A DNA stretch of 64,000 nucleotides from Nitrospirota bacterium (lineage in GTDB: Bacteria > Nitrospirota > Thermodesulfovibrionia > Thermodesulfovibrionales > UBA9159): assembly GCA_963699545.1 (NCBI GenBank), contig CAVOUE010000003.1, positions 448,001 through 512,000 on the forward strand, read 5' to 3'. Below the pieces are notes generated by a model. The model made no database searches. It was not told the DNA's origin and saw nothing but the letters and a program-made list of their open reading frames with translations. The stretch's first letter is position 1; the number at the start of each line of letters is the position of its first letter. This document shows positions 40,517 to 51,922 of this stretch, piece after piece. Both the position numbers and the translations under genes were made by a program.

Positions 40517-41801
40517 ATGGCAGATGATCTGATAAAGAGAGCGAAAGAAGTCCTCACCCCGGCCCTTCGTATCCATAGCGATATCGTGGTGAGAAAGGCC
40601 CGGGGTATTTACGTGGAGGACAGGAGTGGCAGGCGGTATATGGACTTCACCTCAGGCCTTGCGACGACCAACACAGGCCACAACCATCCCCGGGTGATCG
40701 AGGCGATAAAGGGCCAGGCCGAATCCCTTATCCACTCCGGCTGCATCTTCTACTACGAACCACTGACCGTGCTTGCGGAAACGCTTGCGAGAGTGACGCC
40801 GCCGGGGATCGACATGTTCTTCTTCAGCAACTCAGGAGCCGAGGCAGTGGAAGGGGCCCTCAAGCTCGCCCGTTTCTCCTCGGGCAGAGAGGGCATTATC
40901 GCTTTCACCAGCGGTTTCCACGGAAGGACCTTCGGCGCCATGAGTCTGACCACGTCGAGCATACGCTACCGGAGGAACTACCAGCCCTTTGTTCCCTCCG
41001 TCTACCATTCGCCCTACCCGTACTGCTACCGGTGTTTCTTCGGCCAGAGACCCGGATCGTGCAGCATGGACTGCTTCCAGTATCTCGAAAGGCTTTTTAA
41101 GCACCTGATCCATCCTGAGGAAATCGCCTGCATGATCATGGAGCCTGTTCTTGGAGAGGGGGGATATGTGGTCCCCCCTCCGGAATTTCTGAGAAACCTG
41201 AGGGCACTCTGCGACACGTGGGGCATCCTTCTCATCCTTGATGAAGTGCAGTCCGGTGTGGGGAGGACAGGGAGATGGTTTGCCTCTGAACATTTTGGTG
41301 TTATCCCTGATATCATGACCATTGCAAAGGGGATCGCTTCCGGGATGCCTCTGAGCGCTGTGGCAGCCAGAAGGGAGATCATGGCAAAGTGGCCGCCCGG
41401 CGCCCACGGAACCACCTTTGGCGGTAACCCTGTTGCGTGTGCCGCTGCCATCGCTACTATCAGTGTTATTGAAGAGGAGAAGCTTTTGGAGAACGCCGCT
41501 TCGGTGGGGGGGTATGCCATGGAGAGGCTGAAGGACATGAAGGAAAGGCATCCCTCCATGGGAGATGTGAGGGGTCTGGGGCTCATGGTAGGGATAGAAT
41601 TTGTGAAGGGAGAACAAGGAGCCTTTTACGGGGGAACTGAAAAAGATCATGGATTACGCCCTTGAGAAGGGATTGATACTGGCAGAATGCGGCGTGGACA
41701 AGAATGTTATACGCCTTGCGCCGCCTTTGATCATAACCAGGGAAGAGATGGAGAAGGGGCTGGATATATTAGAAGAGGCGATTAAGAGAGTTGGAGGATA
41801 G
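40517..41801 (+). CDS. Class III PLP aminotransferase (GabT/ornithine aminotransferase-like; frameshift near 41615)
   Basis: NSGAEAVEGALK, FHGRT, EPVLGEGG, DEVQSG.GRTG, AKGIASG, GTTFGGNP. Confidence 0.93.
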
Positions 41802-41847
41802 GGTCCTGTCCGTAGTTTAATCTTTAATAAGGACAGCGTATGAATTC

Positions 41848-43168
41848 ATGGCCGGGGAATTGAAGCGGGATAGGGTCATCATCATGGGAGCCGGTGGCAG
41901 GGACTTCCATAACTTCAATATGGTTTACAGGGATGATCCCCAGTCTGAAGTTGTCGCATTTACTGCCGCCCAGATACCCTTCATCGAGAAGAGGGTCTAT
42001 CCGCCTGAGCTTGCCGGTACGTTCTATCCCGAAGGAATCCCCATCCATCCCGAGTCGGAATTGGGAACGCTGATCTCAAAACACGGAGTGAACAGGGTGG
42101 TATTTTCCTACAGTGATGTTTCCCATGAGTATGTGATGCACAAGGCTTCTCTCTCTGTCGCCCACGGCGCGGATTTTATGCTCCACGGTCCCGAAAGTAC
42201 CATGCTTGAATCAGGAGTCCCCGTGATATCCGTGTGTGCGGTGAGGACAGGCTGTGGCAAGTCCATCGTCACGAGGAAACTTGCGCATCTTTTCCAGGAG
42301 AGGGGAATCAGGGTATCGGTGATGCGGCATCCCATGGCGTATTGCGATTTTGTTCCCGTTAAGACCTTCTCCTCCCTGGAGGAGATTGACCGTGGTGTCT
42401 GCACCATCGAAGAAAGAGAAGAGTTCGAACCGCTTGTGGGGAAGGGCATTGCTGTATACGCCGGGGTGGACTACCAAAAGGTCCTCCATGAAGCGGGAAA
42501 GGACTCCCAGGTCATCATATGGGATGGCGGGAACAATGATTTCCCTTTTGTTCGGCCTGATTTTGAGATCGTGCTTATCGATGCTCTGAGACCCGGCCAC
42601 GAGATGCTCTTTTACCCCGGAGAGGTGAACTTGAGGAGAGGGAACCTTCTCATCATCACCAAGATAAACGAGGCAAAAGAAAGTGACAGAGAAGAGATAA
42701 GAACCGTTATCCGGAGGGAGAATCCCGATGCCGGGGTTCTTGAGACCCGGTCGGTCTTTGCCCTGAGTGATTCAGCATTGATCAAGGGGAAAAGGGCCCT
42801 GGTGATAGAGGATGGACCGACCATCACCCATGGAGGCATGTCTCATGGAGCAGGGGTATCATCGTCCAGAGGCATGGTGTCGGAATTCATCGACCCGAGA
42901 CCTTATGCGGTCGGGTCCATCCGGGAGAACCTATGAAAGGTTCCCCACTATCGGCCCTGTGCTTCCCGCTATGGGCTACTCGGCACTACAGATAAGAGAC
43001 CTGGGTGAAACCATCGCCCGCGTCCCCGCTGACGTTGTCATCATTGCAACCCCTGTGGATTTGAGAAGGCTGATACCTATAGACAAACCATCGATAAAGG
43101 TCTATTATGATTTCGACATAGACCTCAGCGCATTGGCGGGATCTTTCCTTGAAAGGCATGTCCGCTGA
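41848..43168 (+). CDS. P-loop NTPase of the cDPG-synthetase-like / arginine synthetase (ArcE-like) family (frameshift near 42930)
   Basis: IMGAGGRDFHNFN, AVRTGCGKS, RHPM, TIEEREE.EP, WDGGNND, EDGPT.THGGM, LPAMGY. Confidence 0.85.
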
Positions 43169-43296
43169 GAGCAGCGCACTCATGGCGTGTGGCGGGAATA
43201 CGCTTGGATCGGAAGGAAGGGAGAGGTCTTTGAGCACAACGGGGGCAGATCTTCGGACAGAGTGGCGATATATTTTTTCGTGAAAGGAGAGAAAAG

Positions 43297-44154
43297 ATGC
43301 CGGAGAAGAGACGCAAGAAGTTCCCGCAGACGGAAAGTGAGCGTGCTTTTTCCTTTCTGCCGCTGAACAGCCGTGAGGGAAAACCCCGCAGACAAGGGAT
43401 CACAGAAATACGGGGGCCTTACTACGCCCCGATGGGGAGATGTTATCTGGAGGATGTTCTCGGGACAATGGGAGAGTATATCGATATCCTGAAATTCGCC
43501 GGAGGTTCCTTCAGTCTCATGCCCCTCAAGGTGGTGAAGGAGATTATCGACCTCTGCCACCGCTTCGATGTGAAGGTGGATACCGGGGGGTTTATCGAGC
43601 ATGTGCTTGTCATGGGAAGCCGGGCGGTGCATCAGTACATCGAGGAATGCAAACGCCTTGAGTTCGATGTTGTGGAGATATCCAGCGGCTTCATCAGCAT
43701 CCCGGCTGACGACCTGCTCCGGTTGACTGAAATGGTGCGGAAGGCAGGCCTGAAGCCGAAAGTGGAAGTGGGGATACAGTTCGGCGCAGGCGGCGCCAGT
43801 ACTGTGGAGGAACTGGAGGCAGAGGGCACCAGCGATCCCGACTGGGCGATCCAGCGGGCCAGGCAGCATCTGGATGCCGGTGCCTACATGATCATGGTGG
43901 AATCAGAGGGGATCACCGAAAGTGTCCGCACGTGGCGTACCGACGTGATAAGCGCATTCATCCGTCAACTGGGGCTCGAAAAGACCATGTTCGAGGCGGC
44001 TGATCCTCAGGTGTTCGGCTGGTATGTCAAGAATTACGGTCCTGAGGTGAATCTCTTTGTGGACCACAGCCAGATCGTCCAGCTGGAATGCCTGCGTTCC
44101 GGCATCTGGGGAACGAAGGACCTCTGGGGACGGGTACTGACTTACAAGGGCTGA
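43297..44154 (+). CDS. Phosphosulfolactate synthase (ComA/HSA32-like) family protein
   Basis: KPR..G.TEIRGPYY, LKFAGGS, E.S.GF, ESEGITE, FEAA, GPEVNLFVD. Confidence 0.9.
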   Translation: MPEKRRKKFPQTESERAFSFLPLNSREGKPRRQGITEIRGPYYAPMGRCYLEDVLGTMGEYIDILKFAGGSFSLMPLKVVKEIIDLCHRFDVKVDTGGFIEHVLVMGSRAVHQYIEECKRLEFDVVEISSGFISIPADDLLRLTEMVRKAGLKPKVEVGIQFGAGGASTVEELEAEGTSDPDWAIQRARQHLDAGAYMIMVESEGITESVRTWRTDVISAFIRQLGLEKTMFEAADPQVFGWYVKNYGPEVNLFVDHSQIVQLECLRSGIWGTKDLWGRVLTYKG

Positions 44155-44360
44155 ATGGGCAATGTGCCCCATCAGGGCTGCATAGAACAGGATGGACCCG
44201 GAGATCCCGGGCAAGGGGAAGGGATATCTCCACTTCGTCAGGTGACTGCCCAACTCATCCGGCCTTTTGGTATGCTTTACATACAGCAGTTGTGGAAGAA
44301 GGAGTAGCTTAATAGCCTGGTACAGATTCCGAAATCTGTCAGAGAAAGGAGCCGGCCGTT

Positions 44361-44948
44361 ATGGGAGAAGTGAAAAGCGCCCTTGAGAAGGCGATGGACA
44401 AGATAAAAGAGGTCAAGGGGCTCACCCCTGAAGAACGGGAAGAGCTGAAAGAGCGCGATGAACTGAAAGCGGTGCTGGCAGGTTTTTACAGAGGTGATCT
44501 GAACAAGGACCAACTGTGGCAGAGGCTCAAGGGGATGAGACCTTCTCTCCTGAAGGAGGCCCAGCAGAACATGGCTGATTCCCTGAGGCTTGGCAACGCC
44601 CCCGAGGAATTTCAGCAGAGAAAAGAAGGCATTCTCGCCATCGAGGGGTTGAAAGAGAAGCGGAACACAGCGGCCATCGAAAACACAATAAACGCCATCG
44701 GCAAGCTGCAGAGAGAATACATCGGCCAAAAAGAAAAGGCCGTTATGGAACTGAAGGCGGCCATAGAAGAGAACCCCCAGCTGAGAGTACGGCAGGTCAG
44801 AACTCCTGAGGGGAGAATTCATCAGACCGCACTGTCAGTCGATGAGGCGATCCAGACAAGAATGGCCGATTTCCTAGCTGAGCATGAAAAGAGATACGAG
44901 ACGATGTTCGGTCAGGCGATTGTCCGGCTGGAAAAGGAACTGAAGTAG
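44361..44948 (+). CDS. Helical hypothetical protein
   Basis: 195-aa ORF, MGEVKSALEKAM start, SD AAGGAG. Confidence 0.8.
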   Translation: MGEVKSALEKAMDKIKEVKGLTPEEREELKERDELKAVLAGFYRGDLNKDQLWQRLKGMRPSLLKEAQQNMADSLRLGNAPEEFQQRKEGILAIEGLKEKRNTAAIENTINAIGKLQREYIGQKEKAVMELKAAIEENPQLRVRQVRTPEGRIHQTALSVDEAIQTRMADFLAEHEKRYETMFGQAIVRLEKELK

Positions 44949-45045
44949 GCCTGATCTTCTTCTCGTGATTGTGGAGGAAAAACTCACTGGCGAGAATGGT
45001 TTCATCCCCGCCAGTCATAGGCTTCACACTGTTGAATAGCTCCTA

Positions 45046-45363
45046 TTAGCCCCCGCCGTATCCGCCGCTAACGCGCTGCTCCCGCGACAACTCTTCATCC
45101 GCAGGCACGGACGCGGTCCTTTCCACTCCCGTATAACCGGCCCATTCAAAGGGGCAGACTTTTGTCAGTATCTCCAGCTTCCAATCAATGGTGTTGGCGA
45201 TGTCCCTGAAATGCGCAATATGGGATTTTAGCGCTTCCTTCTCGGGACCTTTCATCCCTTCGATCTCTTTCACAAAACCGAGCAATCTTGACTTCATAGC
45301 GGAAAGCTCGTGGTACATCGTATCACAGTAATTCCTGAATTCCGTACTTTTTACAGTTGCCAT
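45046..45363 (-). CDS. Hypothetical protein
   Basis: 105-aa ORF, SD AAGGAGG, own promoter. Confidence 0.8.
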   Translation of the reverse strand: MATVKSTEFRNYCDTMYHELSAMKSRLLGFVKEIEGMKGPEKEALKSHIAHFRDIANTIDWKLEILTKVCPFEWAGYTGVERTASVPADEELSREQRVSGGYGGG

Positions 45364-45441
45364 GGTTCCCTCCTTTTCGGAGCAAACACGTTAATAAGCG
45401 GGCAACCTCAAATATCCTGATCACCCTTCCTTCTTAATCTC

Positions 45442-45470
45442 ATCATAGTCCAGAAGGCGCTATTTGTCAA
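45442..45470 (-). promoter_or_regulatory. Sigma70 promoter
   Basis: Minus strand TTGACA-N17-TATGAT. Confidence 0.7.
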
Positions 45471-45551
45471 GTAGATTCGCATAATAGCAACTATGTCCCA
45501 ACAACGCCACGAAAATAAATACAATTTCCAGTGCGACAAGTGCGCAGTTCC

Positions 45552-47423
45552 CTACACACCCGCAGCCTTCAGTGCTTCAAACCTTCCCTCGAACTCCCTT
45601 GTTTTCGTGTCCAGCTCAATGGTGAGGGCTTCAAGTTCGTCGAAGAGGATATCGATTTTCCCCCTGGTCTCATGGATCGATATGGACAGCCTTCTGATGG
45701 ATTCCCCGTTCTCCTTTTACAGAAGCCTCAACAAGGGCCTGCGTATCGTGGTTCATGTCCTGTTCAAGGCGCGTGATCGTCTCTTCCACTTCGGATATCC
45801 TCTCTGTCAGGGGCGCCAAGATCCTCGAGCGGTCGTTGATCAGTTCAGCCCTGAGCCGTCTCAACCCTCTTCTGTCCGCGCCGCTGCCCTTCTTCTCTGC
45901 GTTTTGTCCGTTGCGGTCCGCCGCTTCGCCCTCATCTTTCCATCCTTCCCGTTCGAGGAAGTCCTGGTATGTCCCCTCGAAAAGCCTCACCCTGTCGTCA
46001 TCGAAAACGATCAGCCGCGTGGCTACCGCATGGAGGATCATCTCGCTGTGAGTGACGATCACCACAGCGCCTTCAAAAGCGTCTATGGCCTCCAGCAGAG
46101 AGTCGATGGATTCCATATCCAGATGGTTGGTGGGCTCATCCAGGAGGAGCAGGTTGGCGGGGCTGACAAGAAGTTTGCCCAAAAGCACCCTGCTCTTTTC
46201 CCCCCCGGAAAGTACGCCCACCTTCTTGAGCGCGCTGTCACCTTCGAACATCATAATGCCGCAGATGGTCCTCGCGGTGCCCCTGCTGTGATCAGGGTGT
46301 GCATCCAGTATCTCGTTTTCCACTGTCTTCCCGGGCGAGAGACGCTGGATGTTGGTCTGGCCGAAATAGGCAAGTCGCAATTGCGAGTGCTGCATCACTG
46401 CACCTTTGACGGGCTGCAACTCCCCGGCAAGGAGGTTCAGGAGCGTTGTCTTGCCCTTCCCGTTCTTCCCGACAACCGCTATCCGGTCCCGTTTGCCGAT
46501 GGTCAGATTCAGACCGTCTATGAGCGGAGGCCCTTCGACATCAAAGGAAAAAGAGATATCTTTGGCCTCCATAAGAGATTTGCCTGTAAAAGGCGCCGGG
46601 ATAAATTCGAATTCCAGGTCCTTTGCCGCGGACAACTTTTCGAACCTCTCTCTCTTCCGGAGGGCCTTTATCTTTGACTGCACTGCCCGAGCCCGGGTCG
46701 CCTGGGCCCTGAACCTGTTTATGAACTGCTCCACCTCCCTGCGTTTTTTCTCTTCGTTGATCCTTGTCTGTTCGTAGACTTCTTCCTCCATGAGTATCTG
46801 CTGGTAGAGCTTTTCGGTCGGTCCCGCGATCTTCCGTATCCTTTTCCTGTGGATACCCATGGTATGGGTTGTCACACTGTCCATGAACTCCCTGTCATGG
46901 GTGATCAGGATGAGCTCTCCGCTCCAGGCCTTCAGGAACTTCGTGAGCCATCGTATGGAAACGATATCGAGATAGTTGGTGGGCTCATCCAGGAGAAGCA
47001 GGTTCGGTTCAGACACGAGAAGCCTCGCGAGATGCAGGCGGACCTGGTATCCTCCGGACAGGTCAAGCGGATTGCGGGGAAAATCGTCCGTCAAAAACCC
47101 GAGACCCATGAGGATCGTTTCCACTTTGTACGATTCGTCCCTTCCGTCCTCAGAGGGTTTGAGACCGAGACACGCTTCCTTAAGGACCGAATCTTCGCTG
47201 AACTTCAGGTGCTGGGAAAGATAACCGACAGTGTAATGGTTAGGTATGCTGATAACGCCCGCATCGGGCTTTTCCTCGGCGGTTATCATCCTGAGGAGGG
47301 TCGTCTTTCCATGGCCGTTCCTGCCGCCCAGCCCAATACGCTCCCCGAGTTCACCGTAAAACCGACATCGTCGAATACGACCTGGGTGCCGTACGCCTTT
47401 GAGAGGTTGCTGACCTGAATCAC
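45552..47423 (-). CDS. ABC-F family ATP-binding protein (frameshifts near 47330 and 45710)
   Basis: Two ABC cassettes (LSGG, LLLLDEPTN twice; GKNGKGKTT), no TM segments, C-terminal coiled coil. Confidence 0.93.
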
Positions 47424-47469
47424 CCGTCTATTTTAAAGGAAGGGGATGATAAACCGCAAAGGAAAAACG

Positions 47470-47632
47470 GGGACACATCCCATTTTATTGTTGGCTGACT
47501 GCATAACGCTATTCACTTATCTCAGAACGACACCTTGACAATGAGGAAAAATCAATGCTTGCGCCCAAGATTCTACGGCTCATGTATTGAGATATTGTAG
47601 GAGGTTACCTGCTGTAAAATGGGATGTGTCCC
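47470..47632. repeat. 18-bp perfect inverted repeat pair (REP doublet/MITE-like)
   Basis: GGGACACATCCCATTTTA (47470-47487) and TAAAATGGGATGTGTCCC (47615-47632). Confidence 0.85.
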
Positions 47633-47636
47633 TATT

Positions 47637-47912
47637 TTACCTTTGCTTGATGATCCCTTCTTCTGTAATGACTTTTCTGTGAAACTCACAGTCATAGCAA
47701 GGATGGTCACCCCGTGGAAAAGACCCTTTTGTGTCAACAAAAGAATAGATGCCAACAATAGCCCAGCACAGCCTCCCTCCGTTAATCCCTCCGTTCACGC
47801 CGTTTATGGATTTGTAGACGGCCGCCCGGCATACACCCAGATCCTTTGCCCGTGCGCCTCCCGGCTCTCTTCCGCACCTCATATGCTCCCAGCAATTCAT
47901 TTTTCTTGCCAT
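47637..47912 (-). CDS. Two-CW domain protein
   Basis: NCWE...CGR....C...NGG..GGR.CW....C..C; SD GGAGG. Confidence 0.85.
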   Translation of the reverse strand: MARKMNCWEHMRCGREPGGARAKDLGVCRAAVYKSINGVNGGINGGRLCWAIVGIYSFVDTKGSFPRGDHPCYDCEFHRKVITEEGIIKQR

Positions 47913-48121
47913 GATCCTCACCTCCTGCGCTTTGTTTTGTAAGGGGATCAGATGCTGCCGCCCTCTCGACTCTTTGTATCACGCAAACGACGAGTGCGTC
48001 AAATAAGAAAAATAAATCACTGCATAGGGAAAGTCTATTCATGAATCACGAAGGGGATGATCTGCTGAAGCGGGGCTGTAAAACAGCTTACCATCCCAGG
48101 CAAAAAAAGAGCATCGGGATG

Positions 48122-48667
48122 TTATTTCTTATCCTTCTTGGAAATATACCACAGTGCGGCTGCACCGGCCAGGGTGGCGGCCCCGGTGCCGATGCCGATC
48201 TTCCACAATTTTTTTCTGTTCCTGATCCTTCTCTCCCTTATGGTCGAATACCTTTCCGCGATCATTTCACAATGCCGCATCTCCTTTTTGGAAAAGCCGA
48301 AGATATGCGTGAAAAGCTCTATCCTTTGATCTATCAGGGACTGGAGCAGGGACCAGTACCTCACCTTTTCGAGTGAAGATCTGTACTGCCTCAGGTTCTC
48401 TTCGTCGGAAATGGTCTTCATAAACCGTTCCAGCAAGGCTCTGTCCGCACCTTCATAAATCGGAAGTCCCGGGTCGCCGATCTTCCGGAGAACCGGCCAC
48501 TGACATTCTCCCTCAAGGTTGAAGATCTCAGGCCAGGACCTTTTGCCCACAAGTCTGAGGATAATGGATTTTCTTACCGAGTAATAAAATTTTCTCAGTT
48601 CTTCATTTGTGAAATCAGTACCCTTGAAAATCGCCGAAAATTCCTTAAACGTTACCACTCTCTCCAT
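48122..48667 (-). CDS. Hypothetical protein with C-terminal membrane anchor
   Basis: About 181 aa, terminal IGIGTGAATLAGAAALWY. Confidence 0.7.
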   Translation of the reverse strand: MERVVTFKEFSAIFKGTDFTNEELRKFYYSVRKSIILRLVGKRSWPEIFNLEGECQWPVLRKIGDPGLPIYEGADRALLERFMKTISDEENLRQYRSSLEKVRYWSLLQSLIDQRIELFTHIFGFSKKEMRHCEMIAERYSTIRERRIRNRKKLWKIGIGTGAATLAGAAALWYISKKDKK

Positions 48668-48767
48668 CTCCCCATCTGTATTTGTCTCTATTGTAGCATG
48701 ACTTGGACGTGAAGGCTGTCCCAATGCCGCTTTAAGGATCAGATCTATTTAAGGTATAGTATATAAA

Positions 48768-50099
48768 GTGAGATTTGAAGAACTGGATATTCCCGAAAAG
48801 GTCCTTGAGGGAATCAGGGCCGCTGGCTTTGCCGAGTGCACACCGGTCCAGGCCCTGACGCTGCCCGAAGCGCTGCGGGGAAAGGACGTTGCTGCCCAGG
48901 CCCAAACAGGCACGGGGAAGACCGCTGCCTTCCTTATCGCGGTGTTTTCGCGCATGCTCAGGATGCCTGCTCCGGGGCAGGGTCCGTCGCCGCGGGCGCT
49001 GGTCATAGCGCCGACGCGAGAGCTTGCTGTCCAGATCGATGCCGAGGCGAAGATACTCGGAGGTTCTACCGGCTTCAAGGTCTTAGCGGTCTTTGGCGGC
49101 GTTGATTACGAGAAGCAGCGCCAGCAAATCGAAAGGGGCGTCGATATGCTCGTCGGCACGCCTGGTCGTCTCATCGATTATCTCAAGCAGGGGGTATACA
49201 GCCTGAAGAAGACCCAGTTCCTCGTCATCGACGAGGCAGATCGTTTGTTCGACATGGGCTTTATCAGCGACATCCGGTTCCTGCTCAGGCGGATGGCGCC
49301 TTACAACCGCCGACAGTCCCTGCTCTTCTCCGCGACACTGTCGCACCGGGTGCTTGAACTCTCCTATGAGCATATGAACAACCCCGAGCTGTTCAAGATA
49401 ACGCCCGGGCAGGTTACGGTAGAACAGGTCGAGCAGGAGATATATCATGTGGGCAGTTCCGAGAAGTTCGGCCTCCTCCTGGGTATCCTCCGGCGCGAGC
49501 CGAACGGCCGTTATCTCATATTTTCGAATATGAAGTCGACTGCGGAACGGCTTGAGATGTTCCTGAACGCCAACGGCTTTGCCGCCTCTGCCATTACGGG
49601 TGATGTGCCCCAGAAGAAGCGGCTCAAAGTCCTCGAACAGTTCAAGGACGGAACGCTTCCGATCCTCGTGGCGACTGATGTGGCGAGCCGTGGGCTGCAT
49701 ATCGAAGGGGTGACACACGTGATCAACTATGATCTCCCCGAAGACGCTGAGGACTACGTGCACCGGATCGGCAGGACGGCGAGGGCGGGCGCTGGCGGCA
49801 AGGCTATCAGCCTTGCCTGTGAGAATTATGTCTTTTCGCTGCCGGACATTGAGGAATTTATCAGGCAGAAGATACCGGTCATGCCTATGACGGAAGAAAT
49901 GATCGTTACCGGTTATCGCCGGGCGTATGGGCATGCCGGAAAGAAGGCTCCTTACCCGCAGAAAAGAGAGACAGGGGGAATGCGCGGAAGAGAACAACAG
50001 CGGCGAGGGGGTGGTCCATCCGGCGGCAGGACTGAGAAGGCCGGAGGACGTCACGCTGAGAGAAAGAAGCCCTACAGAAACCCGGGAACGCAAAAATAG
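48768..50099 (+). CDS. DEAD-box RNA helicase (RhlB-like)
   Basis: AQTGTGKT, PTRELA, DEAD, SAT, HRIGRTAR. Confidence 0.96.
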   Translation: MRFEELDIPEKVLEGIRAAGFAECTPVQALTLPEALRGKDVAAQAQTGTGKTAAFLIAVFSRMLRMPAPGQGPSPRALVIAPTRELAVQIDAEAKILGGSTGFKVLAVFGGVDYEKQRQQIERGVDMLVGTPGRLIDYLKQGVYSLKKTQFLVIDEADRLFDMGFISDIRFLLRRMAPYNRRQSLLFSATLSHRVLELSYEHMNNPELFKITPGQVTVEQVEQEIYHVGSSEKFGLLLGILRREPNGRYLIFSNMKSTAERLEMFLNANGFAASAITGDVPQKKRLKVLEQFKDGTLPILVATDVASRGLHIEGVTHVINYDLPEDAEDYVHRIGRTARAGAGGKAISLACENYVFSLPDIEEFIRQKIPVMPMTEEMIVTGYRRAYGHAGKKAPYPQKRETGGMRGREQQRRGGGPSGGRTEKAGGRHAERKKPYRNPGTQK

Positions 50100-50296
50100 C
50101 TCTCACCATAGCTTGCAGCCAAACATCCGCATGACTTCACTGATAAACCTTGCAATCTCCACCTGTCACCGCGAAAAAGAGACCTTTTTTTCGGGAGAGG
50201 GTGCGGTGAAAAGTGAGGGTGCCGGACGGTCTTCATATCTTTTTCATGATTCTTCATTAGAATATAGTGATGAAGGGGATGCAGAAAGAGGGGAAT

Positions 50297-51413
50297 ATGG
50301 TACAGCTTATAAAAATAGCGGTAGTGACAGGAGTTATAGGTATGCTTGCTTTTTCTGTTTCAGAGGGCGCAAAGCTCGATACGGCGACTTTCGCAGGCGG
50401 CTGTTTTTGGTGCATGGAGCCTCCCTTTGAGAAGCTTGAAGGGGTGAAGGAAGTTATATCGGGCTACACAGGGGGCTTCAAGGAGAACCCCACCTACGAG
50501 GAGGTGTCAGCGGGCAAGACCGGCCACGCCGAGTCTGTACAGGTGATCTATGAGCCGGCAAAGATCTCCTACGAAAAACTGCTTGACGTCTTCTGGCGGC
50601 AGATCGACCCGACAGACGCGGGCGGGCAGTTCGTTGACCGGGGGAGCCAGTACCGCTCTGTCATCTTTTACCACACACCGGAACAGAAGGCGCAGGCCGA
50701 GAAGTCCAGAGAGGAACTGTGGCGGTCGGGCCGTTTCAACAAGCAGATCGTAACTGAAGTCCTCCCGGCGGGGAAGTTCTATAAGGCGGAGGAATATCAT
50801 CAGGATTACTACAAAAAGAACCCCATCCGTTACAAGTTTTACCGGTACAATTCCGGACGCGATCAGTTTCTGAAAAAGGTCTGGGGTGAGGAAAAGGTAT
50901 CTCAGGCATCGGGAACTCAGGGTGCGGGTTCCCAGGGCTCTTCATCGCAGGTCACCGGGGAGAAATGGAGGACATTCGTGAAACCATCCAAAGAAGAACT
51001 GAAGAAGAGACTGACGGAGATGCAGTACAAGGTGACCCAGCAGGAGGGCACCGAGCCTGCATACAGTAATGAATACTGGAACAACAAGAGGGAAGGGATC
51101 TATGTGGACGTTGTCTCAGGGGAGCCGCTTTTCAGTTCTCTTGACAAGTACGATTCGGGCACCGGGTGGCCCAGCTTCACGCAACCCCTTAACTCCGGCA
51201 ACATCGTCGAGAAGAGCGACTGGAGGCTCTTTGTGAAAAGGACCGAGGTGCGGTCCAAACACGGAGACTCTCATCTCGGCCACGTTTTCAATGACGGACC
51301 GAAGCCGACGGGTCTGCGGTACTGTATGAACTCCGCATCCCTCAGGTTCATTCCGAAAGAGGGTCTCTGAGAAGGAAGGGTACGGCCAGTACGCGAAACT
51401 CTTCAGGAAGTAG
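50297..51413 (+). CDS. msrAB: Exported bifunctional methionine sulfoxide reductase (frameshift near the 3' end)
   Basis: Signal peptide, [35 protein letters not shown]. Confidence 0.95.
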
Positions 51414-51538
51414 ACGTTCCTTCACTCTGTGAAGTCCCTTGACGGTGGAGCAGGGCTGTGTCATGATAGGTTGAGTTTCTTGTGCGGTGCACACCGGGCA
51501 AGAAACAGGGAAATTGATCCAGAGACAGAGTGATCGGC

Positions 51539-51922
51539 ATGGAAAATTACAAGCTGGTTCTTCCGGAGCACCTCAATCACTACGGCTACCTTTTTGGCGG
51601 GAATCTTCTCCAGTGGGCTGATGAGACGGCCTGGATCGCGGCAAGCCTCGATTATCCCTGCTGCAATTTTGTGACCATTGCGATGGACAAGGTGGAATTC
51701 CGCAGGAGTGTCAGGCAGGGAGCCATCCTGCGTATCGATGCGCGTAAGAGCAGGGTGGGGGACACTTCGGTTCAGTATACCGTCAATGTTTTTTCCGGAG
51801 GCTCGGGGACAGGAAGCGAAGAGGCGATCTTCTCCACGAACATAACCTTTGTGCGTATAGATGAACAGGGACAGAAAAAAAGCCTTCCCTCAGACGGCAG
51901 CAGGAATGATGGAAAAGCCTAA
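51539..51922 (+). CDS. Acyl-CoA thioesterase (hotdog fold)
   Basis: VLPEHLN..G.LFGG.LL.W.DE, VT. Confidence 0.9.
   Translation: MENYKLVLPEHLNHYGYLFGGNLLQWADETAWIAASLDYPCCNFVTIAMDKVEFRRSVRQGAILRIDARKSRVGDTSVQYTVNVFSGGSGTGSEEAIFSTNITFVRIDEQGQKKSLPSDGSRNDGKA

Noticed and set aside
50890-50960. Ser/Gly/Gln-rich repeats in msrAB
   Set aside because: Ordinary flexible linker between the MsrA and MsrB domains.
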